DNA of 32,000 nucleotides from Planctopirus limnophila DSM 3776 (GCF_000092105.1 NC_014148.1:3510001-3542000); one strand, 5' to 3'. Counted from the first letter of the stretch, positions 1 to 8,151 are shown. Numbers and translations: made by a program. Notes: generated from the sequence alone by a model not told the origin.

Positions 1-262
1 CAACGGCGGAATCAACCGGAAAATTCTCACCAGTTACGCCAGTTGAGTTTGCAAGAGCTCTGTTTTCAAGTGGTCAAGGCTCTTTTCTTGACCACTCGTG
101 GTTTGAGTGCCATTTTCAAATCCAGCAGGCTCACGAAAAGTGGCTGTTAATCTGTAGCGGTTATACTCAAGTTAACGCCTCGGAACCGTCGATGTTTGCA
201 GATAAGTGCCTCTCCAAAGGTTGGAGAGCTGTCAAATTCCGGCGAAATCTGCAGGTCAGACC

Positions 263-1033
263 ATGCTGTACGGCCTCTATCTCTCTGCTCAAGGTGCAGA
301 ATCGCAGGCTATGCGGCAAGGTGTGCTGGCGAACAATCTGGCCAACGTCGGCACCAATGCCTTCAAGCCAGATATCGCCGTATTTCGCTCTTACTTTCCT
401 TACGACGTCGCACATCAGGAACCCCAAAGAGCCCCTGATACGATTGATCTGGAAACTGGTGGCGTCGCACTCGAAGGAACAATTACCGACTTTTCGCAAG
501 GATCACTCAAGCCGACAGGAAAGTCGACAGATGCCGCCTTGCTGGGAGACGGCTTTTACCAGCTCAAAATGGGGAACGAAACACTTTTAACCCGAGACGG
601 TTCGTTTGAACTCGATGCCGATGGACAACTGGTCCATGCAGGAACAGGTGCTCCAGTGCTTGATCCCGATGGCAGTGAGATTGTCATTCCACCGGAAATG
701 ATTGACCTGCAGATTGGCGATGATGGTCAGATTTCGGGAGTCGGGCCCAACGGCATCGTTTTGCCAATCAGTCAGTTGGCAGTGGTGGTTCCGACTCGAT
801 TAACCGAACTGCAGAAGCGTGGTGATGGGATGTACTCGACAAAGCTTCCTGTTGCCGAAGCACCACCGGAGACCAGAGTTCGGCAAGGATTCGTCGAAGC
901 CTCCAATGCCGATCCGATGCAGGGGACACTCGAACTGATCGAGGTCTCGCGTGGGTTTGAATCAAACGTGAACATGATGCGTATGCAGGATGAGATGCTG
1001 GGGCGGTTACTACAAGCCATTCCCCGAAGATAG
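263..1033 (+). CDS. flgF: Flagellar basal-body rod protein FlgF
   Basis: ORF 206..1033. From the internal ATG at 263 the protein begins MLYGLYLSAQGAESQAMRQGVLANNLANVGTNAFKPD, the conserved rod/hook N-terminal motif. The C-terminus (GFVEASNADPMQGTLELIEVSRGFESNVNMMRMQDEML) matches the rod-family C-terminal helix. It lies directly upstream of flgG. Start 263 is preferred to 206 because family members begin at this motif. Confidence 0.85.
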   Translation: MLYGLYLSAQGAESQAMRQGVLANNLANVGTNAFKPDIAVFRSYFPYDVAHQEPQRAPDTIDLETGGVALEGTITDFSQGSLKPTGKSTDAALLGDGFYQLKMGNETLLTRDGSFELDADGQLVHAGTGAPVLDPDGSEIVIPPEMIDLQIGDDGQISGVGPNGIVLPISQLAVVVPTRLTELQKRGDGMYSTKLPVAEAPPETRVRQGFVEASNADPMQGTLELIEVSRGFESNVNMMRMQDEMLGRLLQAIPRR

Positions 1034-1115
1034 TGCGATCACAACGCTCGCCAACACAAACGACAATTGTCCGTAGACAGATCATCTGAGTGATTTTTAC
1101 TGAAGGAGGTTCCTC

Positions 1116-1916
1116 ATGCTATACCGCGCGATGTATACGGCGGCTTCGGGCATGCAGGCCTACATGTTCAACCTCGATACGATTGCCAATAACCTGGCGA
1201 ACGCGGGGACGAACGGCTTCAAACGCTCGCGTACCGATTTTGAAGATCTGTACTACCAATACTATAAGCTACCTGGCACACAGGATACTCTGGGCAATTA
1301 TACACCCATTGGTACAGCCGCCGGCCTGGGCGTGCGTGTGGCGGGGACTCAGATCGACTTCTCTCAGGGAGCACTGCTGGAGACAGGACGTCAACTGGAT
1401 ATGGCCATCACCGGCGATGGCTTCTTCATGGTTCGCGGCAACAACCAGCTTTTTTATACAAGGCGCGGCGAATTCACGGTGAACTCGAACGGTGATGTTG
1501 TCCTCGCCTCGGCCGACATTGGGCGGTTGATTGACCCACCCATTAACATCCCGCCTGATACGGTTGATATTGGCATCTCGGCCGAAGGGATCGTCTCAGT
1601 CATTCAGGCTGGTTCGACAGTTCAGAATCAAGTTGGGCAAATTCAACTCGCAAGATTTATCAATCCCGAAGGTTTGTATCAGGCAGGCGAGAGTTTGTAT
1701 GCGGTCACTGATGCCTCCGGGCAACCTTTGATCAGCAACCCTGGTGATCAGGGACTGGGTTTGATTCGACAGGGATTTCTGGAAATCTCGAATGTGGAAC
1801 CTGCCAACGAACTGGTGGATCTGATTAAAACCCAACGTAATGTGGAATTAAACAGCCAGGTGATTCAGGCTTCGGATCAGTTACTGCAACTCATTACGAA
1901 CTTGAGACGATACTAA
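1116..1916 (+). CDS. flgG: Flagellar basal-body distal rod protein FlgG
   Basis: A strong SD (GAAGGAGG, 1101-1108) precedes the ATG. The N-terminus MLYRAMYTAASGMQAYMFNLDTIANNLANAGTNGFKRSR and the C-terminus GFLEISNVEPANELVDLIKTQRNVELNSQVIQ are canonical FlgG termini. 266 aa is the typical FlgG length. Confidence 0.92.
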   Translation: MLYRAMYTAASGMQAYMFNLDTIANNLANAGTNGFKRSRTDFEDLYYQYYKLPGTQDTLGNYTPIGTAAGLGVRVAGTQIDFSQGALLETGRQLDMAITGDGFFMVRGNNQLFYTRRGEFTVNSNGDVVLASADIGRLIDPPINIPPDTVDIGISAEGIVSVIQAGSTVQNQVGQIQLARFINPEGLYQAGESLYAVTDASGQPLISNPGDQGLGLIRQGFLEISNVEPANELVDLIKTQRNVELNSQVIQASDQLLQLITNLRRY

Positions 1917-1931
1917 CTTATGAAGTGAATT

Positions 1932-1949
1932 GGCAGGCAGGAGCCTGCC
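1932..1949 (+). other. Stem-loop between flgG and flgA
   Basis: GGCAGGC-agga-GCCTGCC, a 7-bp GC-rich stem 16 nt after the flgG stop, followed by CTACTTGTATTC. It may be a partial terminator or a processing/stability element within the flg operon. Confidence 0.3.
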
Positions 1950-2024
1950 CTACTTGTATTCAGCAGGGTGCCTGAAGTTCTGATGGAATGCACCTGACTT
2001 TAATGATCAAACGGGAGACCATGT

Positions 2025-3296
2025 ATGGTTCTCGACATTCCGGCGAAAATTCGGCTGCACTTTCTACTCCCGGCGAAATTCATCGCCTGTGGGATGTTGT
2101 ATGCATGTCTCGCTGGAAGCTGGCAGAATTCGTGCATTGCCGAACCACCTGTCACAAAGGTTGAGACACCATCCACTCTCAACTCGTTGGGACAGAGTAC
2201 CGCTGCGCAAGCTTCGGCAGTCATCAGCTTGAAAGAGCGAGTTTCGACAACACAAACACTTGTCACCTTGAATGAAGTGGCAGAAATCCTTTCGAGCGAT
2301 GACGCATTTCGAGAGACCTTGGGAAATACCCCTTTAGGGCCAGGGCCGGGAGTGGGTCGCCCCGTGATGTTTGACCATCTGCAGGTTCATCAGCGGCTTC
2401 TGGCCATGGGGATCAATCTGTCGCGAATCGAATTTTCCGGCTCAGCACGAACAGTGGTATCTCGCAGTGCCGGCGAAGAACGTACTCTGCAAGTGATTCA
2501 ACAGGTAACTCATGTCGAGCCACAGCCAGTGATTCGCGTTGATCGTGGTAAGGTGGAAGCCCTATTAGTCACTGCATTTCGTGAGCAGTTTCGCTGGGGT
2601 GACGAAGCGGCCATGCCCATTGTGACGATTTCTCCCCATGAAGCCACACCTCCGACTGTGCTCCAGGCAGTAACAGATGGCGCAGCCATTCGATATCTGG
2701 CAGAAAAAATTGACAATCTCCCCGAACAGGCCATTCATGCCCAGATTATGTCCTCTCAAGGTGGAGAGCCACAGAACGTGACTTTGAAGCTGAAATTGAC
2801 TCCACAAGTTCGCATGGTGGCTTTTCGACGAGCCATGCAGAAGGGCGAAATTGTGCAGCAAGGTGATTTGATGTGGAAGCTCGATACTGCACAGGCTGAA
2901 TGCTGCACTGAACCCGGGCAAGTGATTGGTATGGAGTGCCGGCGAGCGACGAAAGCCGGTGAGTTAGTGAATCTAAAAGACCTGGCTTCGGCTCCACTGA
3001 TTCGAAATGGCGACATCGTAACAGCCTCATTACGAGTCAAAGGGATTGTGATTCGCGGGCAATACAAAAGCCTTTCAACGGCTGCGCGGGGTGAGACAGT
3101 GACACTCGTTTCTCTCGATGATGTGCGTGAACGGGTGACAGCTGTGGCGACAGGCTGGCACGAGGCAGCCATCACTTCGACAGGTGGCGAAGGTGCAAAT
3201 ACTTCGCAAATGCGGGGTGTCCAATTGTTGAAGACTTCTCCTCAGGAAGAGCCACCCACGAGATCGACGCCGAGCCGACAAGGGGGAAGACCATGA
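2025..3296 (+). CDS. flgA: Flagellar P-ring assembly chaperone FlgA-like (long form, 423 aa)
   Basis: The N-terminus is hydrophobic and signal-like (LHFLLPAKFIACGMLYACLAG). The C-terminal ~130 aa (RRAMQKGEIVQQGDL...PGQVIGMECRRATKAGELVNLKDLASAPLIRNGDIVTASLRVKGIVIRGQYKSLSTAARGETVTLVSLDDVRERVTAVATG) follows the SAF/ChapFlgA pattern. It sits between flgG and flgH, and its stop overlaps the flgH start (ATGA at 3293-3296). The N-terminal ~200 aa are not explained by the family. Confidence 0.7.
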   Translation: MVLDIPAKIRLHFLLPAKFIACGMLYACLAGSWQNSCIAEPPVTKVETPSTLNSLGQSTAAQASAVISLKERVSTTQTLVTLNEVAEILSSDDAFRETLGNTPLGPGPGVGRPVMFDHLQVHQRLLAMGINLSRIEFSGSARTVVSRSAGEERTLQVIQQVTHVEPQPVIRVDRGKVEALLVTAFREQFRWGDEAAMPIVTISPHEATPPTVLQAVTDGAAIRYLAEKIDNLPEQAIHAQIMSSQGGEPQNVTLKLKLTPQVRMVAFRRAMQKGEIVQQGDLMWKLDTAQAECCTEPGQVIGMECRRATKAGELVNLKDLASAPLIRNGDIVTASLRVKGIVIRGQYKSLSTAARGETVTLVSLDDVRERVTAVATGWHEAAITSTGGEGANTSQMRGVQLLKTSPQEEPPTRSTPSRQGGRP

Positions 3297-3991
3297 GTTG
3301 GCCACATCGAGCTTTGAAACATTTTCTCGCATACCGGCTGATTACAGTCCGTGTGATTACGACATTAGGTTTGACGGCGGGACTTCAGCAACTGGCTTTA
3401 TGCCAGGGGCCTCCGATCATAACACCGCTTTCCGACACCCGCATCGAAGACTACTCGCTCATTTATGTAGAGCCACCTCCATTACCACCGGAAATCAAGG
3501 TTCATGACATTATCACCATCCAGGTCGATGAGAAGGCGGAAGTGATTGTCAACAGCCGATTCAATCGCCAGCGGAATGGAGCTTATGCAGCCGAGCTAAG
3601 TGACTTTGTGAGGTTCGGGGATAACTTTAATCTGCTCCCCGCTGCACAGAACTCACCAGCCATTGAGGGCACCCTCAACAATCGATTGCAAACGATTGGA
3701 CAACTGACTGATCAGGAAGGGATCAGCTATAACATCGCGGCGACAGTCGTGGATGTACTGCCGAATGGAACAGTGGTGCTGGAAGCCCGGAAATCGATCC
3801 GAACAAACCAGGACTTCTTCGAATATCGACTGGCAGGGCGCATTGATCGACTGGCGATCTTGCCCAATCGCACAGCCAGGTCTGAGGATATTGCCGAACT
3901 GAAAATCGAACGCACCCAGAAGGGTAAGGTCTACAACAGTACCAAGACCAACTGGGGGACAAACATACTGGATATCATTTCGCCGTTTTAG
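3293..3991 (+). CDS. flgH: Flagellar L-ring protein FlgH
   Basis: 232 aa. Signal peptide with a lipobox-like LALC. The body (VDEKAEVIVNSRFNRQRNG...ISYNIAATVVDVLPNGTVVLEARKSIRTNQDFFEYRLAGRIDRLAILPNRTARSEDIAELKIE) matches the FlgH pattern. Translationally coupled to flgA and followed by flgI. Confidence 0.85.
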   Translation: MSWPHRALKHFLAYRLITVRVITTLGLTAGLQQLALCQGPPIITPLSDTRIEDYSLIYVEPPPLPPEIKVHDIITIQVDEKAEVIVNSRFNRQRNGAYAAELSDFVRFGDNFNLLPAAQNSPAIEGTLNNRLQTIGQLTDQEGISYNIAATVVDVLPNGTVVLEARKSIRTNQDFFEYRLAGRIDRLAILPNRTARSEDIAELKIERTQKGKVYNSTKTNWGTNILDIISPF

Positions 3992-4001
3992 ATATCGAAT
4001 C

Positions 4002-4117
4002 TTTGGCATTTGGTGTTTGGTATTTGACCACGCCCTTCGGCAGACCTCAGAGCGTGCCACCCAACTACGAACTACTAACTTCCAAATACCCAATACCAAA
4101 CTCCAAATACCAACACC
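4002..4117 (+). repeat. Opposed heptad arrays: 4 x TTTGR (4002, 4009, 4016, 4023) and 5 x CCAAN (4082, 4090, 4096, 4103, 4110) flanking a ~54-nt spacer
   Basis: Read directly. The left arm is cTTTGGcaTTTGGtgTTTGGtaTTTGA. The right arm is CCAAAtacCCAATaCCAAActCCAAAtaCCAACacc. Left 4012-4026 (ggtgtttggtatttg) is complementary to right 4104-4117 (caaataccaacacc) apart from one extra T. Confidence 0.75.
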
Positions 4118-4158
4118 TCAATCTAACTACGCCCTCGCCTTTTTCCACCGGCCCCAAC

Positions 4159-5232
4159 ATGTCACGTTTAGTACTTACATTGCCGTTACTCCTGCTCACC
4201 TGTGCCATCTGGCCCAGTCAGGCGGAAGCTCGTGTGCGGCTGGAGTATATCTGCTCTGTGCAGGGGCAGCAGGAAGTTCGTCTGACAGGTCTGGGAATGA
4301 TTGTCGGACTTCCCGGGACTGGTGATGGTGCCAAGAATGCACCCACAGTCCGTGCTTTGCGGGCAGCCATGGCCAGGCTGAACCAACCCGTTCTGGATAC
4401 GGAGATCCGTAATGCCGATAACGTGGCGATTGTTATGGTCGAAGCCACCATTCCTCGCACCGGTCTTAAGCGAGGTCAAAAGATCGATTGCTTTGTGAAT
4501 GCAGTGATGGGGGCCAAAAGCCTGCGTGGGGGGAGGCTTCTCAGCACACCCTTGACGACAGCCGATGCCCGCAATCAACTCGTGATTGGTGTCGCTGGCG
4601 GAGCGATTGTGGTTGATGACCCCGCACGCCCAACCAGTGCCCGCATCACGCAAGGGGTCGATCTGGTGCAGGATGTGACAGCCCTGTTTTTGAGTAAACA
4701 GCAGGATCTGGTCACGTTACTCATCGATCCGGCCCATGCCAGCTTCTGGACAGCCAGCGAAGTCGCCCGCGTGATTAACAGTGAATTCACCTTTGAATCA
4801 GCCGCGAAAACGATTGCCAAGCCGACTGGCCCCGGATCGGTCGAGATCCAGATTCCGCAGCAGTACCGACAGAACCCGGTGGAGTTCATTGCACAGGTCC
4901 TGGAGTCAGGGATCGATACACCCAATACCCAGGCACGCGTGATTCTCAATCCGCGCACAGGCACGGTCGTCGTCACAGGTGAAGTCGAGATCAGCCCGGT
5001 GATCATCTCGCATAAAAGTTTTGTCGTCGAGATCGGGGCTGATGATCCGTTACTAACTGGACCGGGCCCATTTATTGGGCTGATCGAAAATTCCGGACGG
5101 CAATCTCCCCAGCAACTGAAAGACCTGGTCGACGCTCTCAACAAGTTACGAGTCCCGACGGCTGATGTGATCGACATCATTCGTGAACTGCACGCGACAG
5201 GCAAACTCCATGCAGAACTGATCGAGAAATAG
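4159..5232 (+). CDS. flgI: Flagellar P-ring protein FlgI
   Basis: ORF 4003..5232. A Sec signal peptide (MSRLVLTLPLLLLTCAIWPSQAEA) begins at the internal ATG 4159, followed by RVRLEYICSVQGQQEVRLTGLGMIVGLPGTGDG, the conserved FlgI N-terminus. The 52 codons upstream are made of the TTTGG/CCAAA repeat arrays and are probably non-coding. Confidence 0.9.
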   Translation: MSRLVLTLPLLLLTCAIWPSQAEARVRLEYICSVQGQQEVRLTGLGMIVGLPGTGDGAKNAPTVRALRAAMARLNQPVLDTEIRNADNVAIVMVEATIPRTGLKRGQKIDCFVNAVMGAKSLRGGRLLSTPLTTADARNQLVIGVAGGAIVVDDPARPTSARITQGVDLVQDVTALFLSKQQDLVTLLIDPAHASFWTASEVARVINSEFTFESAAKTIAKPTGPGSVEIQIPQQYRQNPVEFIAQVLESGIDTPNTQARVILNPRTGTVVVTGEVEISPVIISHKSFVVEIGADDPLLTGPGPFIGLIENSGRQSPQQLKDLVDALNKLRVPTADVIDIIRELHATGKLHAELIEK

Positions 5233-5279
5233 TGGCCCTGGGATGACACTTCGGCCCTGCTAATCAAGCTTGAGTAATC

Positions 5280-5840
5280 ATGGTTAATATCGAATCCAAT
5301 GCCGCATTGAAGCCTCTGGAACTGTCGCCAACAGCGAACATGAAGCCTTTGCATGGCGCGAGTGGCAAGAAAGACGTTTCATCGGCTGAACTCAAGGAAC
5401 AGTTCGGGCAGACAGTTGGAACGATTTTCTACACTCAAATGATGAAGGCCCTCCGTTCGACAGCGGGAGAAACCAAATATCTGAACGGCGGCCAGGCTGA
5501 AAAAATGTTTCAGTCGCAGTTTGATCAGGTCGTCGTGGAGGCTATGGCAAAACGGGGTGACAACCACTTTGCCGATGCGATGCAGACGGCCTTCGAAGCG
5601 GGTGTTCAAGGTGGAATTGCCAGATCGCCTTCGTTAGATCCGTTAAAGGCGGGAAAGCTTTCCAAAGAGGTCAGTTCTGAGAGCGTGGACGTTCTCAACA
5701 ACGCCACAAAGTCTACGGAATCTGAACGACAGAATCTCTCGGAACAACTGGCAGATCTGTCACGGCAGACACAAACCCTTCGCGAAGCGCGATCAGGAGC
5801 CACCGGAGCGACAGAGTTCTTCCCGATGATCCGAAAGTAA
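5280..5840 (+). CDS. Flagellar rod-binding protein (FlgJ N-terminal domain only, no muramidase domain)
   Basis: The segment ELKEQFGQTVGTIFYTQMMKALRSTAGE...GGQAEKMFQSQFDQVVVEAMAKRGDNHFADAM fits the Rod-binding (FlgJ N-domain) pattern. It occupies the position after flgI, as in flg operons. The C-terminal ~70 aa are low-complexity or coiled with no hydrolase motifs. Confidence 0.7.
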   Translation: MVNIESNAALKPLELSPTANMKPLHGASGKKDVSSAELKEQFGQTVGTIFYTQMMKALRSTAGETKYLNGGQAEKMFQSQFDQVVVEAMAKRGDNHFADAMQTAFEAGVQGGIARSPSLDPLKAGKLSKEVSSESVDVLNNATKSTESERQNLSEQLADLSRQTQTLREARSGATGATEFFPMIRK

Positions 5841-5901
5841 CGATGGAACCTTCTGCGCAGCTGGATGTGCGCAGCCATCGACTTTGGATTGGGAATTTGC
5901 C

Positions 5902-6393
5902 ATGCAGGCCACGGACGGTCTTCAGCGGCTCTGTCGCTTGATCGATGCGTTTGAATCGCTGCAGCTCAAACTCTACGAGCTGATGAGCCAGAGATGGAAC
6001 GCACTGGTGCTTTCTCGCCCGGCGGATGCTGCACTGCTGGTTCCCCGCGAGCAGGAGTTGCTAACGCAACTGCAGCGGAAAACGCTGGAGCGGGAAGAAT
6101 TTCTCAGGTCAATTCCGCACCCATCGATCGATTCTCTGTCACTGCTCGACGTGGCCCGCGCCTGGGGTCAAGAATCTCTCGTGGAACGCGCGGCGAAGCT
6201 TCGCCAACAGGCAGGCGAGATCCAGAAACTCTCCTGGACGATGTGGATTCTCACACAACGGGGGATCAGGCATCTGGATCTGATTGTCGATGCTGTGGCC
6301 CGCGGTGGAGCCATGGCTCCCACTTATGATGGCCCACCCGGTACCGGGAATGTCATGCGGACTCAAAGTGCGCTCCTGGATGTCAGCCTGTAG
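5902..6393 (+). CDS. FlgN-like flagellar export chaperone (putative)
   Basis: ~163-aa helical, Leu/Gln/Glu/Arg-rich protein (LQRLCRLIDAFESLQLKLYELMSQRWNAL...EQELLTQLQRKTLEREEFL). It lies immediately upstream of flgK with a 9-nt gap, the usual flgN position. The ATG at 5902 is preferred to the TTG at 5884. The call rests on context and composition only. Confidence 0.45.
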   Translation: MQATDGLQRLCRLIDAFESLQLKLYELMSQRWNALVLSRPADAALLVPREQELLTQLQRKTLEREEFLRSIPHPSIDSLSLLDVARAWGQESLVERAAKLRQQAGEIQKLSWTMWILTQRGIRHLDLIVDAVARGGAMAPTYDGPPGTGNVMRTQSALLDVSL

Positions 6394-6402
6394 GAGAGTC
6401 GC

Positions 6403-8103
6403 ATGTCACTCAATGGTGCTTTAGCCGTTGCTTCGCGTTCGCTGGAGATTTTTTCTGCCAGTGTCCAGGTCTCGAGCAACAATATTGCGAACGCCAACAC
6501 CAAAGGTTTTGTGCGCGATGCAGTTTCCCTCACACCCGCGGGGAGCTATCAGACGGGTTCACTGCTGGTGGGCAGCGGTGTGCTGGCTGTCGGAGTTCGA
6601 CAGCAACTCGACACTTATCTCGAAAGCCGTATCCATGCGGCGAATGGCGATGCTGCGTCATCGACCATCAAAAGTGCCACATGGCAACGACTCGAAGCCA
6701 CTCTGGGCGAACTGGGCGATGAAGATCTCTCGACAGCACTGAATGATTTTGTGGCCTCTTTACAGACGTTGACAGGTGCTCCAGATTCGGCGGGACAACG
6801 GCAGATTACTCTGCAGGAAACACAGGCACTGGTCAGCCATATCACGTCATTGCGTGGGAAAGTGGATGACCTGCGCACAACACTGAACGATCAACTGACA
6901 TCTCAGGTGGATGAAGCCAATCGTCTGATTAATCAGATTGTCAATCTGAACCCCAAGATCAGTGCTCTTGAAGCGAACGGACTTAACCAGAGCGATGCGG
7001 GGGCCTTGCGTGTGGAACGCTTGAATGCCATCAACCGGCTTTCAGAGTTGATCCCTGTGAAAGCGATTGAAAGGCCTTCGGGGCAAGTCGATCTCTACTC
7101 GGGGAGCGAGTACATCATTCTGGACGGTTACACGCAAAATCTGGAAGTGACTCCTGCGACAGATGGCACTTTTGGTGTGCTGAATGTGCAGACGACAATT
7201 ACGAAAGCTTCAGTGACCAATGGTGGCGGCGAGATTCAGGGAACTATTGAATCTCGCGACAGTATTCTGGGAGGCTTCACAAAACAGCTCGACCAACTCG
7301 CCAGTGGCCTGATCTATGAAGCAAATCGCATTCACAGCCAGGGAGAAGGGTTAACAGGTTACTCGACAGTGACCGGAACTTATCAAGTGGCGGATGCCAA
7401 TGCGGCATTGAACACCAGTGCTGCGGGACTGAATTTTCCTGTCCAGCATGGCAGCTTTACGATCAAGGTGCGCAACCTCACCAGTGGCGAAACCACTGAA
7501 AGCAAGATTTCTATCGATCTCGATGGATTAGGAACTGACACGACACTCAATGATGTGGTGGCCAGCCTGAACGCCGTCGGTCAGGTGAGTGCGCAAGTGA
7601 CTGCCGACGGCCAACTGCAGATCAATGCAGCTGCGGGTTATGAGTTGCGATTCGGAGCCGATAGCAGTGGATTTTTAGCCACACTCGGAATCAACACACT
7701 CTTTACCGGGACGGATTCCGGGAACATTGCGGTCAATCAGGTCGTGGCCCAGAACCAGAATCTCCTGGCCACGGGAAAAGGCGGAGGTGCGGGTGATTCC
7801 AGCAATGTGGCGTTACTGGCCAAGGTCCTGACGGTGGCATCGAGTCAGTTAAACGGACTTTCGATTTCGCAGTTTCAGGACAATCTCATTGCGGGAGTCG
7901 GCCAGTCTTCAGCTGCCGAGCAAGCGGTTGAAAAGGGATTTACCGGCTTTCGAGATTCCCTGTTGACGCAGAGAGAACAAGTCTCGGGAGTCAGCCTCGA
8001 TGAAGAGACGCTGAACATTCTCAATCTGCAGCGAACATATCAGGCTTCTGCACGCATCATTTCGGTGGTGGATGAGCTCTTTAACACGTTGCTGAATATT
8101 TAA
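6403..8103 (+). CDS. flgK: Flagellar hook-associated protein 1 FlgK
   Basis: SD AGGAGA lies upstream. The N-terminus MSLNGALAVASRSLEIFSASVQVSSNNIANANTKGFVRD and the C-terminus VSGVSLDEETLNILNLQRTYQASARIISVVDELFNTLLNI are the conserved FlgK termini. 566 aa. Confidence 0.9.
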   Translation: MSLNGALAVASRSLEIFSASVQVSSNNIANANTKGFVRDAVSLTPAGSYQTGSLLVGSGVLAVGVRQQLDTYLESRIHAANGDAASSTIKSATWQRLEATLGELGDEDLSTALNDFVASLQTLTGAPDSAGQRQITLQETQALVSHITSLRGKVDDLRTTLNDQLTSQVDEANRLINQIVNLNPKISALEANGLNQSDAGALRVERLNAINRLSELIPVKAIERPSGQVDLYSGSEYIILDGYTQNLEVTPATDGTFGVLNVQTTITKASVTNGGGEIQGTIESRDSILGGFTKQLDQLASGLIYEANRIHSQGEGLTGYSTVTGTYQVADANAALNTSAAGLNFPVQHGSFTIKVRNLTSGETTESKISIDLDGLGTDTTLNDVVASLNAVGQVSAQVTADGQLQINAAAGYELRFGADSSGFLATLGINTLFTGTDSGNIAVNQVVAQNQNLLATGKGGGAGDSSNVALLAKVLTVASSQLNGLSISQFQDNLIAGVGQSSAAEQAVEKGFTGFRDSLLTQREQVSGVSLDEETLNILNLQRTYQASARIISVVDELFNTLLNI

Positions 8104-8120
8104 GGATCGACTGGAGAAGA

Positions 8121-8151
8121 CATGCTCGCTCAAAGCCGCGAGGCATGGCAC
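8121..8151 (+). repeat. Conserved GC-rich hairpin element, copy A (CATGCTCGC-tcaaagcc-GCGAGGCATG-GCAC)
   Basis: A 9-bp stem with one bulged G and an 8-nt loop, 18 nt after the flgK stop. It is near-identical in arms, loop start (TCA.AGCC) and 3' GCAC tail to the copies at 15337 and 22024. Confidence 0.7.

Noticed and set aside
1-150. Open frame 1 at the left edge (QRRNQPENSHQLRQLSLQELCFQVVKALFLTTRGLSAIFKSSRLTKSGC*) as the tail of an upstream gene
   Set aside because: It has no recognisable motif, its composition is atypical, and a perfect hairpin lies inside it. It cannot be supported or excluded without upstream sequence.
167-195. FliA (sigma-28)-like promoter TCAAGTTA-N13-GTCGATGT upstream of flgF
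   Set aside because: Both half-sites are degenerate relative to TAAAGTTT-N11-GCCGATAA, and the spacer is 2 nt too long. This is not supportable from sequence alone.
4003-4158. N-terminal 52-codon extension of the FlgI ORF
   Set aside because: The translation (…NYELLTSKYPIPNSKYQHLNLTTPSPF…) is simply the read-out of the CCAAA repeats. A canonical Sec signal peptide and the conserved FlgI N-terminus begin at ATG 4159.
4575-5354. Long antisense ORFs inside confident genes (e.g. 4575..5354 -, 9222..9665 -, 14724..15248 +, 26940..27539 +, 17390..17866 -, 28870..29172 +)
   Set aside because: Each is the opposite-strand or out-of-frame shadow of a gene with strong family motifs. Such shadows are typical of GC-biased third codon positions.
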